Assembly: GCA_949296475.1 (NCBI GenBank) | Contig: CASFOK010000018.1 | Coordinates: 1 to 62,632 of the forward strand | Reading direction: 5' to 3' | DNA length: 62,632 nt | Source of the DNA: an uncultured Pseudomonadota bacterium | GTDB lineage: Bacteria; Pseudomonadota; Alphaproteobacteria; Rs-D84 | In this document: positions 47,247 through 58,054 of the stretch, piece after piece | Position numbering within the stretch: position 1 is the first letter of the stretch | How the letters are laid out: each line of letters begins with the position of its first letter | Notes under the pieces: model-generated | The model's database searches: none | What the model was told of the DNA's origin: nothing | The model's input: only the letters and a program-made list of their open reading frames with translations | Made by a program: the position numbers and the translations under genes

Positions 47247-48305
47247 TCAGTTCAACCCAAATACACGTGCTAAATCATTCCACATAGTCAATGCAAATAA
47301 AGCGAATATAAACAACCACCCAATGATGATAGCAATTTCCATTCCTTTACCGCCCAGTTTTCGTCTTGTTATTGCTTCTATTATAAGGATCAACAGATAT
47401 CCGCCGTCCAACACAGGCAAGGGCAGCAGGTTCAATACAGCCAAGTTAACAGACAACAATGCAATGATGGATAGCAACGCCAACATACCCATGGCCATTG
47501 CCTTACCTGATACTTCCGCGATGGTTATAAAAGACCCCAGTTGTTTAGAAGAACGTTCGCCTGTAACGATTTGTTTCAACACGACCAATAAAGTTTTTGA
47601 TTGGTAATAAGTCTCACGTGCGCCGGCATATAATGAACCGAAAAAGCCAAGTTGCCTGAATTCGGTTTTACTGCCGTCCGCAATTAATCCCCACTTTTCA
47701 GCAGGCGACAGATTAACTTGAACCGGTTTATCATCTCTTGCAAGCAGCACTTTTGCATCGCGGTTGGCAGCCAATTCTTTTGCGATGATAAGTTCGCCCC
47801 AATTTGAAATTTTTTCATTATCTATGGTAACTATTATATCACCGGGTTTGACGCCTGCGTCAAAAGCAACGCTTTCCTGAATAACTTGTCCCACAACTGG
47901 CAGTTGTATGGTTTTAGGTTTTGCCATAAACATTGCAGAGTATATGCCCCACGCCAGAATAAAGTTCATAAACACGCCGGCGGCGATTATTATAAATTGT
48001 TTCCACGCTGGTACAGATAAGTAATGTCCTTTTTTCTTGTCGGCGGGCAGGTCGTTGTATTTTTTTCTGTCAAACATATCTTCTTGACCGTAAATGGATA
48101 CATATCCCCCCAAGGGCAAGCAGGCTATTTTCCAGACGGTACCCTTTTTATCGTGCCATTTTAAAATTGCTGGTCCAAAACCTATGGAAAAGGTGTTGAC
48201 ACGAACGCCCGCCCATCGGGCCGCCATAAAGTGTCCCAGTTCATGAACAAAGACGACGACCCCAAGTACGATTAATAATGCAACGATAGTCAAAACGATT
48301 TGCAT
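47247..48305 (-). CDS. rseP: RIP metalloprotease RseP
   Basis: HELGH, PDZ, NLLPLPVLDGG. Confidence 0.95.
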   Translation of the reverse strand: MQIVLTIVALLIVLGVVVFVHELGHFMAARWAGVRVNTFSIGFGPAILKWHDKKGTVWKIACLPLGGYVSIYGQEDMFDRKKYNDLPADKKKGHYLSVPAWKQFIIIAAGVFMNFILAWGIYSAMFMAKPKTIQLPVVGQVIQESVAFDAGVKPGDIIVTIDNEKISNWGELIIAKELAANRDAKVLLARDDKPVQVNLSPAEKWGLIADGSKTEFRQLGFFGSLYAGARETYYQSKTLLVVLKQIVTGERSSKQLGSFITIAEVSGKAMAMGMLALLSIIALLSVNLAVLNLLPLPVLDGGYLLILIIEAITRRKLGGKGMEIAIIIGWLFIFALFALTMWNDLARVFGLN

Positions 48306-48329
48306 AATTCCTTTCCTTTACATACTTTT

Positions 48330-48974
48330 TTACATCATGATGAACCATATTAGTGGCAGAACATAAATCCACCCGTCAAATCTGTCCAACATACCGCCGT
48401 GCCCCGGCAATATTCGTCCAAAGTCTTTGATGCCCAGCTTTCTTTTGATATAACTGGCGGTTAAATCACCGTACTGGCTAAGCAAAGATACGCTTATACC
48501 AATCCACATCAGTTGTGGCAAGAAAGTATCGGAACCTAACAAGCCGTATAATATCGCACCCAAAGTGCCGCAGATTATACCGGCTATTTGACCAGACCAA
48601 GTTTTGTGTTCTGATATTCTTTCCCACATTTTGTCGCCACCAAGCCAACGCCCAAAAAACCAAGCACCAACATCTGCACAAATTATCGTTAATAATAACA
48701 ACAGTACTATCCAAGGGCGCGTCCCCACATGATTGATTGCGGCCAACATCACAAATAACCAAAGCATAAAAGCACCGAATGCCAACCAGTTTTGCTTTAA
48801 TACGTCTTTTTTTGCATGTGTCAGGCACATAATCATTTCAACTATCATGGTCAATACGACAACAATCCCCAGACATTTTACAGCGGGCAGACCGAAATAT
48901 TCTGCGACGCCTGCAATGACTGCAATCAGCCCCAGTACACTACCCACTATAATTCGTTTAAAAGTATTTGACAT
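48330..48974 (-). CDS. cdsA: phosphatidate cytidylyltransferase
   Basis: GDL.AS.IKR..GIKDFG.ILPGHGGMLDRFD. Confidence 0.95.
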   Translation of the reverse strand: MSNTFKRIIVGSVLGLIAVIAGVAEYFGLPAVKCLGIVVVLTMIVEMIMCLTHAKKDVLKQNWLAFGAFMLWLFVMLAAINHVGTRPWIVLLLLLTIICADVGAWFFGRWLGGDKMWERISEHKTWSGQIAGIICGTLGAILYGLLGSDTFLPQLMWIGISVSLLSQYGDLTASYIKRKLGIKDFGRILPGHGGMLDRFDGWIYVLPLIWFIMM

Positions 48975-48982
48975 TTTATATC

Positions 48983-49744
48983 CTATTTTTTATTTCCCGA
49001 ATAATTGGCTTTTTTACCGCCACCAAAACGTCTGTTTCGCTTTGCGTATTCGTCCAAAGTAAATTGCCACAATTTTTTGTTTTGAACCAAATCAGGCCAG
49101 TGCTGCGGGATAAATAACAGTTCTGCATAAGCCAGTTTCCAAAGCAAGAAATTAGATATTCTAAATTCATTACTTGTACGAACCATCAAGTCAATTGGCA
49201 GTATGTCACCCGTATCCAAGAAGGTTTCAAAAGTTTCTTTGTCTACATGCTGACCAGCGTCTATTGCCGCATTGACTGCATTGACTATTTCATCCTGCCC
49301 GCCGTAATTTAGCGCGAATACAACCGTACCATTTGTGTTTTTTGCGGACTTTTCTTCCAGTTCGTCGCACAAATCAGCCAGTTTTTTCGGCAGTCTTTCA
49401 CGTGTTCCTATTACCCTATAACGCAAGTTTTTTTCTAATGCATGCTTAATATTTTTTTGTAATTCCGTGCAGAACAAGTCCATCAAGAAATCAACTTCTT
49501 CTTGCGAGCGGTTCCAGTTTTCCGTAGAAAACAGGAAAAAAGTAACAGTTGTTACCCCACGTGCTATAAACCAGTCTACTAAATTTTCAAAATTAGCAAT
49601 ACCCGCTTTATGCCCCATAAGTGGCGGCAGTCCTCTTGCTTCGGCCCAGCGACGGTTCCCGTCACAAATAAAGGCGATATGCTTTGGTATTTTTATTTCC
49701 GCTGCATTTTCATCGGCGGTCTTTTTTTTGAATAATTTCAACAT
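48983..49744 (-). CDS. uppS: undecaprenyl diphosphate synthase
   Basis: HIAFICDGNRRWA, FSTENW.R, RTS.E.RISNFLLW. Confidence 0.95.
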   Translation of the reverse strand: MLKLFKKKTADENAAEIKIPKHIAFICDGNRRWAEARGLPPLMGHKAGIANFENLVDWFIARGVTTVTFFLFSTENWNRSQEEVDFLMDLFCTELQKNIKHALEKNLRYRVIGTRERLPKKLADLCDELEEKSAKNTNGTVVFALNYGGQDEIVNAVNAAIDAGQHVDKETFETFLDTGDILPIDLMVRTSNEFRISNFLLWKLAYAELLFIPQHWPDLVQNKKLWQFTLDEYAKRNRRFGGGKKANYSGNKK

Positions 49745-49767
49745 AGAACATTTCCTATTGTTATTTG

Positions 49768-50328
49768 TTAAACGGACATAATATCTGCTTCTTTTTGTTT
49801 TGCCAAAGCGTCAACTTCGTCGGCGCGTTTATCAAACAATTTTTGTAAATCATCTTCGTATTTACGTTGATCGTCTTCGGAAATTTCTTTGTCGTTAACG
49901 GCGCGTTTAATTTTACCCATTGCATCTTGGCGGATGTTACGCATAGAAATTTTTGCTTCTTCTGCATATTTACCGGCAACTTTTGTTAATTCTTTGCGAC
50001 GTTCTTCGGTAAGAGGCGGCATATTTAATCTTATGACCCCGCCGGCTGTCATTGGGTTTAATCCCAGTCCTGAATCGCGAATTGCTTTTTCAACGGGTCC
50101 CGCGTTATTGATGTCCCATACGGTTACGGTAAGAGTTTGATTGTCAGGTGTTGCGACGGTTGCGACCTGATTAAGCGGCATGTCAGAGCCATACACGGGC
50201 ACGCGTACCCCGTCTAGCAAATGTACAGACGCGCGTCCTGTGCGCAGACCTGCGAATTCGCCTTTTAATACTTCCAATGTTTGTAGGGTTTTTTGTTCCA
50301 CTTCGGCTTTCAAAGATTGATAATCCAT
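49768..50328 (-). CDS. frr: ribosome recycling factor
   Basis: LRTGRAS, PPLTEERRKEL; AAGGAG RBS before 50328. Confidence 0.96.
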   Translation of the reverse strand: MDYQSLKAEVEQKTLQTLEVLKGEFAGLRTGRASVHLLDGVRVPVYGSDMPLNQVATVATPDNQTLTVTVWDINNAGPVEKAIRDSGLGLNPMTAGGVIRLNMPPLTEERRKELTKVAGKYAEEAKISMRNIRQDAMGKIKRAVNDKEISEDDQRKYEDDLQKLFDKRADEVDALAKQKEADIMSV

Positions 50329-50408
50329 AATAAATCTCCTTATACTTTGAAAGGTTAGCAAATTGATTTGACATTTGGCAAGAAGAAATATAAAATAATG
50401 TTCCGCAA

Positions 50409-50484
50409 GGGGTTGTAGCTCAGTTGGTAGAGCACTTGCATGGCATGCAAGGGGTCGTCAGTTCGAGTCTGATCAGCTCCACCA
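50409..50484 (+). tRNA. tRNA-Ala(GGC)
   Basis: Cloverleaf, AT-GGC-AT loop, CCA. Confidence 0.95.
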
Positions 50485-50497
50485 CAGTATTTAGTAT

Positions 50498-50575
50498 GGC
50501 GGATGTAGCTCAGCTGGTTAGAGCGTTGGTTTGTGGTACCAAATGTCGCCGGTTCGAATCCGGTCATCCGCCCCA
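50498..50575 (+). tRNA. tRNA-His(GTG) with G-1 and C73
   Basis: Cloverleaf, TT-GTG-GT loop, CCA. Confidence 0.95.
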
Positions 50576-50784
50576 GTTATAAAAAATGCCGGCTTTACGC
50601 CGGTATTTTTTATAACGTTGGACGGGTCGGGTTCGAACCGCGGTTCGCATACGAGTCAGTAAGACGAACGAAGAGAAGTCGAACGTGAACGAGTGGTGAG
50701 CAGCACCGTCAGGTGCGATAAGCGAACAATACGAAGTCCAGCAATAAAAATGCTGGACGCAGGTGGCCCGGTCATCCGCCCCAG
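50560..50784. repeat. 17-bp direct repeat of the tRNA-His 3' end flanking a ~190-bp element
   Basis: CCGGTCATCCGCCCCAG at 50560-50576 and 50768-50784. Confidence 0.9.
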
Positions 50785-51011
50785 AATAAAAAAAGGTCGC
50801 CGCAAGGCGATTTTTTTTGTTTTTTTTATTTTTTGTTGACATTAATATTTTTCTGTCTATGTTATATATAATATAAAAAACGGTAAAATGAAAGTCAGAT
50901 AAAAATAAATAAAAATCCCGCAATTGCGGGATTTCTTTATTCTGTATAAGAACGGGATGAGAACGCGAGACATGCCGTAAAGACAGACTAAAACAGCCGA
51001 TACTATATAAT

Positions 51012-52412
51012 TTAGAACCGGAAGTATATAAACGGGTTATATGTCCCTGCTGATATTGATGCCCAAGACAGCCCGAACAGTATTAACAACCAAAGATTTT
51101 GAAACGAGGTGGCTTTAGTGTCTTTGTCGTCGTTTAAGAAGTTACTAAATATCGGCATTGATAACATTATAGCCGTTATGAATATTATTATTTGTGTCGT
51201 GTCAATATAATATGGTAACGAATAAATTTCTTTGTATGGAATCAAACCGAACATATTTTTTATATAGTCTGTGGCGTATGTAATATTATCGGACCTAAAA
51301 ATGACCCAACCTATAACGAAAGCCAAAATGGTATAACAGTGCCGCAAGATAGAAGATGTGATGCCACCAATTCGCTTATGTAAGTTTGTTATTCTTTCAA
51401 ATATAATAAAAGCCCCGTGCCACAGTCCCCATATTACGAATGTCCATTCTGCGCCGTGCCATATTCCCGTCGCCAGAAAGACGATGAATAAGTTTAAATA
51501 AGTCCGATACTTAGAAATTCTGTTGCCCCCCAAGGGTATATATAAATATTCTTTGAACCACGTTGATAAAGATATGTGCCAACGGCGCCAAAATTCCGTG
51601 ATAGATTTTGAAATATAAGGATAATTGAAGTTTTCCAAGAATTTGAATCCGAACATGTGCCCTAAACCAATTGCCATATCAGAATAACCCGAAAAATCAT
51701 AAAATATCTGGAAAGTGTAGGCCAGCGCCCCTAACCAAGCAACGCCTGTGGAAAAGTCATAAACGGGTTGTGCAAATATAGCATCTGCTATGGCACCCAT
51801 GGTATTTGCAATCAAGACTTTTTTGGATAAACCTATAATAAAGCGTTTAATGCCATAAGAAAATTGATTAAACGTAATTTTTCTTTTGTCTATTTGATTG
51901 GCGACATCATGGTACTTTATAATTGGACCGGCCACGAGTTGTGGAAACAGCGTGATATATAAAGCCAGTTTATAAATATTTTTTTGTACGTTGACTTTCT
52001 TGTAATATACGTCAATGACATAAGACAAGGCTTGGAACGTATAAAAAGATATACCTATTGGCATAATAACTTCCAGAAACGAGAAGTTTGTACCGATTAC
52101 ACTGTTTATATTTTCCATTACAAAATTGAAATATTTGAAATAAAACAAGATACCGAGATTTGCAAGTATCGTTGTCAACAAGGCGATTTTTTTATGCTTT
52201 GGATATTTATTAATACATATTGCCCCAACGTAATTGATAAGTATCGTTCCCAACATGATAAACACATAGTTAGGTTCGCCCCACGCATAGAATATAATGC
52301 TGGACAATAGTAACAGTAAATTTGCCATTGTAATATTTTTGCGAACTAAAAAATATAAGCCGCATACAATGGGCAAGAATATAAATATAAAAGTCATTGA
52401 CGAAAACAGCAT
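51012..52412 (-). CDS. MBOAT O-acyltransferase (AlgI/PatA-like)
   Basis: PIGISFYTFQ, FPQLVAGPI, DFSGYSDMA, FWRRWHISL, G.WHG. Confidence 0.93.
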   Translation of the reverse strand: MLFSSMTFIFIFLPIVCGLYFLVRKNITMANLLLLLSSIIFYAWGEPNYVFIMLGTILINYVGAICINKYPKHKKIALLTTILANLGILFYFKYFNFVMENINSVIGTNFSFLEVIMPIGISFYTFQALSYVIDVYYKKVNVQKNIYKLALYITLFPQLVAGPIIKYHDVANQIDKRKITFNQFSYGIKRFIIGLSKKVLIANTMGAIADAIFAQPVYDFSTGVAWLGALAYTFQIFYDFSGYSDMAIGLGHMFGFKFLENFNYPYISKSITEFWRRWHISLSTWFKEYLYIPLGGNRISKYRTYLNLFIVFLATGIWHGAEWTFVIWGLWHGAFIIFERITNLHKRIGGITSSILRHCYTILAFVIGWVIFRSDNITYATDYIKNMFGLIPYKEIYSLPYYIDTTQIIIFITAIMLSMPIFSNFLNDDKDTKATSFQNLWLLILFGLSWASISAGTYNPFIYFRF

Positions 52413-52415
52413 AAG

Positions 52416-54065
52416 TTATTCCTTTGGAAATTGTTGGAAAAATAAATCGCTGGTGGAACGTTCTATGTTCATAAATATGACGGTATCATAATTTTGTTGT
52501 TTGATTTTATCCAGGTCATATTTATCAATGTTGTAATGCCACGCTCCGTTTACTTTATTACAAACAACGCTGAAATAAGGTTGTATATATTCAAAAAATG
52601 AATCGTGGAAAAAGTAAATAGAACGTTGCGCCGTCGGATTATGGGTTTCTAAAAATATTTCACCGCTGTAATCGTTTTGTGTAAATTGTACGTCTATTTG
52701 ATTAAAGAATATGGGCGACCAATATTTGTCTTGCATATATGGTGTCTTGCTGACGCTGGGCAGCATCTTTAACAAGTCCCCGTCAAAATGTGATGTTTTT
52801 TCCCAACCTTTTATATATAAAGAATTGTTAAATTCCGTATGAAATAGTTCTTTATATATTTTTGTAAATGCAACGTATGCGCCCAGTTTATTCCAATGTG
52901 TGTCGGTTTTATAATATAACAAGTCTTTATTTTTGGCGGCATCTATCAGTTCTTGATAAGGATAGATAACTTTTATGTCAGAATTTTGTTTGATATAGTT
53001 TACAAATTGGTTACCTATACTTTGTTCATCTGGGTACCTTTTATGAACGTATTTCGGAAAATACTGCGAGTATATTTTGTTTTTATCTGGTATCAAGACG
53101 TATACGAATTCTTTATTATTGGCTTTGCACCATTCGTTAATCTGCACAAGATAATTCAACGCTTTTTGAAAATCTTGCGCAGAGTAATATTGGTTGTTGA
53201 TATAGTTATCTAAACTATGTCCTTGGGCAAGAAACAGCCAGTTATCATCGCCTTGGATAGCGTGTTCGTTTCGTGGGTGCAAATTAATGCGACCGATTGC
53301 GTTATATATATTTATCATTTGTTTCCTGCCGAAAAATCGGTCGCTGAACCATTTTTCAAATTGCGGTGATAGTTCGCTATTCAGGTTACCGTCTGTAAAC
53401 AGATAAGGGGCGGGGTTAGGCGGACGATTTTCAATTAGTGTGTCGCCACCAGAGGTTTTCATTGCAGGCAAACATAGTAAAATGCAAAACGCGACAACGA
53501 ATACCAAGTCGGGCGTTTTTGCTTGAATTTTTACTGAAAGAATCTGATAAAACAGTAAAAAAGTTAAAACGGTCGCCAGTATTAAAAGGGGCCAGTTTAC
53601 GAATGTTCGGGCATTTATATCTAAAACCGGCTCATATACTACATAGGGGTCTGGAAAAGGTGCATTAAAAGATATTTCTTCATCTGTTATATTTCTATCA
53701 ATGATTTGATTGAACAAGAATTCTTTTGTGTTTAACCGTACATATTTATCACCACGAAGTGAAACGTTTTTAATGGTTATATGTCCGGGGGCAAAACCAA
53801 AATCAATTCGCAGTTTATAAACGTATTCTGTAGGAATTTTAATTTTTATGTTATATGTACCTTTTGGAACGTTCTTTGTAACAGAGTTTTGTTCGGAAAA
53901 GTAAACGTTTGGCTCTGTCGTCCAAAAAATTTGTGCTGGAAACGCATTTTCTGCAGTTATATCAGCAGACAGCATCAAGGCGCGATGCACAAAATGGTTA
54001 TGAAAACAAAGCATGGTAAAGAAAGTTAATAATAAAGCAATAAAGATATTAGAACTTGTTTTCAT
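52416..54065 (-). CDS. AlgJ/AlgX-like SGNH O-acetyltransferase with membrane N-terminus
   Basis: G.DNWLF, PDK, YYKTDTHWN..G, HDSF. Confidence 0.8.
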   Translation of the reverse strand: MKTSSNIFIALLLTFFTMLCFHNHFVHRALMLSADITAENAFPAQIFWTTEPNVYFSEQNSVTKNVPKGTYNIKIKIPTEYVYKLRIDFGFAPGHITIKNVSLRGDKYVRLNTKEFLFNQIIDRNITDEEISFNAPFPDPYVVYEPVLDINARTFVNWPLLILATVLTFLLFYQILSVKIQAKTPDLVFVVAFCILLCLPAMKTSGGDTLIENRPPNPAPYLFTDGNLNSELSPQFEKWFSDRFFGRKQMINIYNAIGRINLHPRNEHAIQGDDNWLFLAQGHSLDNYINNQYYSAQDFQKALNYLVQINEWCKANNKEFVYVLIPDKNKIYSQYFPKYVHKRYPDEQSIGNQFVNYIKQNSDIKVIYPYQELIDAAKNKDLLYYKTDTHWNKLGAYVAFTKIYKELFHTEFNNSLYIKGWEKTSHFDGDLLKMLPSVSKTPYMQDKYWSPIFFNQIDVQFTQNDYSGEIFLETHNPTAQRSIYFFHDSFFEYIQPYFSVVCNKVNGAWHYNIDKYDLDKIKQQNYDTVIFMNIERSTSDLFFQQFPKE

Positions 54066-54173
54066 TATGCAAATATTTTCGTTGTTTGTATTCTGAAAAA
54101 ATAAGATTTTTTTATCAAGTGTTTTTATCAGTTATCATTGATATAAAAAATCCCGCGTTTGCGGGATTTATGT

Positions 54174-55970
54174 TTAGCCGACCAATTTTTGCCATAAACT
54201 AGACTTTTTCATTTGTTTTTTCTTTTTGCGACGGCGCGGTGCATTCATTGTTGTTTTTCGTGCCTCTATATGTTGGGCGTTTTTCTTTTTTGCATCCGAA
54301 GACGGAGAATAAGCGTCCAACAATTCTTCTGTTTTATTTTGTTCTGGGGCAACGCGCTGTATAGAATATTGGTCTATGTTCATCAAGCTGTCATCGCCTA
54401 CGATGACGATTTCCGTGTCAAATTCATTTTCCATTGCGGCCAGTTCCGCCCGTTTTTGATTCAGCAAGTAAATTGCTACATCCGTTGGTACGGTCATGAT
54501 TATTTTCTGTGCGCTTTTCGCCAACAGTTTTTCTTGCAGATGACGGAACAGAATGATTGCGGCCGTTTGTATGCTTGGTACGACGCCGGCGCCCATACAG
54601 TGCGGACACTGAACGTAAGAAGATTCCATAAAACTGCTGCGCAAACGTTGACGTGACAGCATCAAAACGCCAAAGTTATTTATTTTTGCGACTTGCGTTC
54701 TTGCGCGGTCGCGTTTCATGACTTCGCGCATTTTCATTTCTAGTTTGCGGTTATTGCGCTCTTCTTCCATGTCAATGAAGTCAATCGCAACAATCCCGGC
54801 CAAGTCACGCAGACGCAGTTGCAATGCGATTTCTTCTGCCGCTTCTAAATTAGTGTTTAACGCGGTTTGTTCAATATCTTTTTCTTTTATTGCGCGCGAC
54901 GAATTAACGTCAATCGTCACCATTGCTTCGGTCTGATTGATTACCAGCGAACCACCAGATGGTAACTGAACGTATGGACCGTGCAAGCCCTCTAACTGTT
55001 TTTCAACGCCGGCCTTGACCATCAGCGGTACGGCTGGGTCCTTGTATTGGACCAGTTGTTTACGTGGTGCGCGACCATACATTTGTTGAAAATATTGCTT
55101 TGCCGCATCAAAGGCTTCTTCCCCTTGGATGACCAATACGTCTTCTTTGTCGGACAAAAAGTCACGAACGACGCGACGCAATAAGGAATCTTCGGTATGT
55201 ATTGTAATGGGCGCAACTGATTCCAACGTGTTTTTGCGTATTTCGTTCCACAAGTTAACCAAATAGTCATAGTCTTTTGCGATGTCTGTTGCGTTCGCCT
55301 CAAACGCGGCCGTACGTAATACCACGGTCATACCTTTTGGTATTTTTAATTCGTGCAGTATTTCACGTAATCTGGCGCGTTCTGCTTTGTCCGATATTTT
55401 CTTAGAAATTCCATAACTGTTGCGTTTGCGCGAATTCGGCATCAAGACGGCGAAGCGACCGGCCAACGACAAATAAGTTGTCATAGACGCGCCTTTTTGT
55501 CCGCGTTCTTCTTTTACGCCTTGGACCAGCAAGATTTGTTTTGGTTTTATTACGTCTTGGATTTTGAATTCGTGCGCACGTTTGGTGAATTCTTTGTTAT
55601 CTTCCCCGGCGCTTTGGTCGTCGTATTCTGCGACCTCGTCGTTTTCGTCGTCTGGGTCTTCGTCGTCGTCAACGATGTTTGCATGCGCCAATTCAATCAA
55701 CTTCTTTTTTTGCTCTGGCGTTACTTGGTAGTAGTCGGGATGAATTTCAGAAAACGGTAAAAAACCATTTTTACCTGCGCCATAATCAACGAACGCAGCC
55801 TGCAAGGAAGGTTCTACGCGAATGACCTTGGCCAAATAAATGTTCCCTTTTATCTGAGGTTTTGTCGTTGTTTCAACGTCAAAATCAGAAACGCGGTTCG
55901 TGGCAGTATCCACCACCACCACCCTTGTTTCTTCCGGGTGGACTGCGTCCACATAAATCTTCTTTGACAT
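54174..55970 (-). CDS. rne: ribonuclease E/G
   Basis: KGNIYLAKV.RVEPSLQAAFVDYG, IDVNS, IDFIDM, CPHC.G.G. Confidence 0.95.
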   Translation of the reverse strand: MSKKIYVDAVHPEETRVVVVDTATNRVSDFDVETTTKPQIKGNIYLAKVIRVEPSLQAAFVDYGAGKNGFLPFSEIHPDYYQVTPEQKKKLIELAHANIVDDDEDPDDENDEVAEYDDQSAGEDNKEFTKRAHEFKIQDVIKPKQILLVQGVKEERGQKGASMTTYLSLAGRFAVLMPNSRKRNSYGISKKISDKAERARLREILHELKIPKGMTVVLRTAAFEANATDIAKDYDYLVNLWNEIRKNTLESVAPITIHTEDSLLRRVVRDFLSDKEDVLVIQGEEAFDAAKQYFQQMYGRAPRKQLVQYKDPAVPLMVKAGVEKQLEGLHGPYVQLPSGGSLVINQTEAMVTIDVNSSRAIKEKDIEQTALNTNLEAAEEIALQLRLRDLAGIVAIDFIDMEEERNNRKLEMKMREVMKRDRARTQVAKINNFGVLMLSRQRLRSSFMESSYVQCPHCMGAGVVPSIQTAAIILFRHLQEKLLAKSAQKIIMTVPTDVAIYLLNQKRAELAAMENEFDTEIVIVGDDSLMNIDQYSIQRVAPEQNKTEELLDAYSPSSDAKKKNAQHIEARKTTMNAPRRRKKKKQMKKSSLWQKLVG

Positions 55971-56176
55971 TTAATAATCCTTTTGTTCTGTATGCGTATG
56001 CAATGGAAATAACCCGTCCCCGTGGGGCGTCCAAGCCCATGCCAAGAGAATGCGCAACGATGATGAACAGCGCAAAGCGAATTACATAAAACAGTGATAA
56101 TACAAACACTTATATTAACCCCATGTCATACGATAACTTATAGCATAGCATGACCGACGGCAATAAAGCAAGGTAT

Positions 56177-57208
56177 TTATTTCTTCTTGCGTTTCAGTGG
56201 CTTTATCTGTTTGATTTTAGCGGGAATTTGCGGAATTTTTTCTTTTGCTTCTTCCAGCCAACGTTTCATTCTTGCGCGCAGCCAATTTTCATAAATCAAG
56301 AACAGGCCCCCCGCGCCAATCAGCGGCAATACATAATAGATGATTCTATATGCCAGCAAGGCACCGAATATGTCCGCTTTGTCAACGCTGTCTGGTAATG
56401 CCAACAGGAATATGGTTTCAAATACGCCGATGCCGCCTGGGACCTGGCTGAAAACCCCAGTAGTTTGTGCGATGACGAATAAACCGATATACGTTCCAAA
56501 AGGTATTTGAACAAAGGGCAACAGACAAAAATACAACACCAATCCTGCCAAAATGCTGTCTATTGCCCCCAGCAGCATTTGCAAGAAAGCAGTTTTTGTG
56601 GTTGGAACGTGGAATTTCAAGTTGCCTATTTTTATGCTTTTTTTGTTAAAGAAAATCGTCGCCGCAAAGTAAGCCAATATGGACGCCATACATATTATGA
56701 AAAGTATGTGTAATCCGACGCTGGCACCGACGGACTTGTCCAACAGCGCGCTGGGGACCAAGAAATATCCGATTATCAAAATTGCGGAACAACCCAGAAA
56801 GAAGGTAAAGCCGGAAAACGTCAGCATTTTAACGATATCGCCACCGCTTATACGCCAGCGCGTATAAAGGCGGTATCTGATTGCCCCCCCGCTGACAACG
56901 GCGTGGCCGGCGTTATTACTGATTGCGAACCCCAGCATTCCCGCCAACATCCATTTCCACCAAGAAACGTGCCCACCTACGTAACGTAACGCCAGAAAGT
57001 CATACAAAGATAAAGCCAAGTACCCCGCAAAGCAGGCCACGCACGCCGCGACCAAGTTCCACCAAGGTATGTACAGTATTGCGCTAAATATATCCGACAA
57101 ACTGTATTCGCGAAGTTGCCACCATAACATTCCGGCGGCTAGTATAAAGAAAAATATACCTGAATAACTTACTATTCTTTTAAACAGGCGTTTTGTCTTT
57201 GCTGACAT
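56177..57208 (-). CDS. lysylphosphatidylglycerol synthase TM/flippase-like domain protein
   Basis: SGGAIRYRLY, VPGGIGVFE, LLAYRIIYY. Confidence 0.85.
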   Translation of the reverse strand: MSAKTKRLFKRIVSYSGIFFFILAAGMLWWQLREYSLSDIFSAILYIPWWNLVAACVACFAGYLALSLYDFLALRYVGGHVSWWKWMLAGMLGFAISNNAGHAVVSGGAIRYRLYTRWRISGGDIVKMLTFSGFTFFLGCSAILIIGYFLVPSALLDKSVGASVGLHILFIICMASILAYFAATIFFNKKSIKIGNLKFHVPTTKTAFLQMLLGAIDSILAGLVLYFCLLPFVQIPFGTYIGLFVIAQTTGVFSQVPGGIGVFETIFLLALPDSVDKADIFGALLAYRIIYYVLPLIGAGGLFLIYENWLRARMKRWLEEAKEKIPQIPAKIKQIKPLKRKKK

Positions 57209-57334
57209 AAAAATCCTTTTTCAACTTGGCAGGATAGCAGGATATAATATAAAAAGCAAACCTAAAAAAAATTGCAATTTAAACATATTATTATATACTG
57301 GCAAAACAAATTACTGTAAACCAAGGGTTAATTT

Positions 57335-58051
57335 ATGATGCGACCATCGTTAAGAAAGGCGGAACAAATACGTCCGGTATCAATGGAAACGGGCGTAAAC
57401 AAGTGGGCCGAAGGTTCGTGCTTGATAAAAATGGGCGGTACCCAGGTATTATGTACGGCGTCTGTAGAATTGAATCAGCCACTGTGGAAAAGATTGCAGA
57501 ACAAGACGGGCGGTTGGGTTACGGCAGAATATTCAATGTTACCGCGCGCCGTTGGTACGCGTAAAACGCGCGAGACGCTGATGAAAGACCATCGCAGTGC
57601 GGAAATATCTAGGTTAATAGGTCGTGCGATGCGCAGCGTTGTTGACATGGAAAAACTGGGACGTCATACAATAACGATTGATTGCGACGTTATACAGGCA
57701 GATGGCGGCACAAGATGTGCGTCTATTACTGGTGGTTTTGTTGCGTTATCCTTGGCGGTGCGCTGGTTACTGGACAAAGGGCGCATAAAAGAAAATCCGA
57801 TACAAGAACATGTTGCCGCGATTTCAGCGGGCTTGTGGGACGGTGAGTTGGTATTAGATTTAGATTACGAAGAAGATTGCGTTGCGGAATTGGATTCTAA
57901 TTTTGTCGTATCTGAATCTGGCAGGTTCATAGAGGTTCAGGCAACGGGCGAACAGCATCCTTTTACCCAAGAACAACTTATAAAGTTAATGGACATGTCG
58001 TCAAAGGGATGCGCACGTTTAATAGAACTACAGAAAAAGATTTTGGAATAA
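57335..58051 (+). CDS. rph: ribonuclease PH
   Basis: GWVTAEYSMLPRA, QADGGTRCASITG, LDLDYEED. Confidence 0.95.
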   Translation: MMRPSLRKAEQIRPVSMETGVNKWAEGSCLIKMGGTQVLCTASVELNQPLWKRLQNKTGGWVTAEYSMLPRAVGTRKTRETLMKDHRSAEISRLIGRAMRSVVDMEKLGRHTITIDCDVIQADGGTRCASITGGFVALSLAVRWLLDKGRIKENPIQEHVAAISAGLWDGELVLDLDYEEDCVAELDSNFVVSESGRFIEVQATGEQHPFTQEQLIKLMDMSSKGCARLIELQKKILE

Positions 58052-58054
58052 AGC

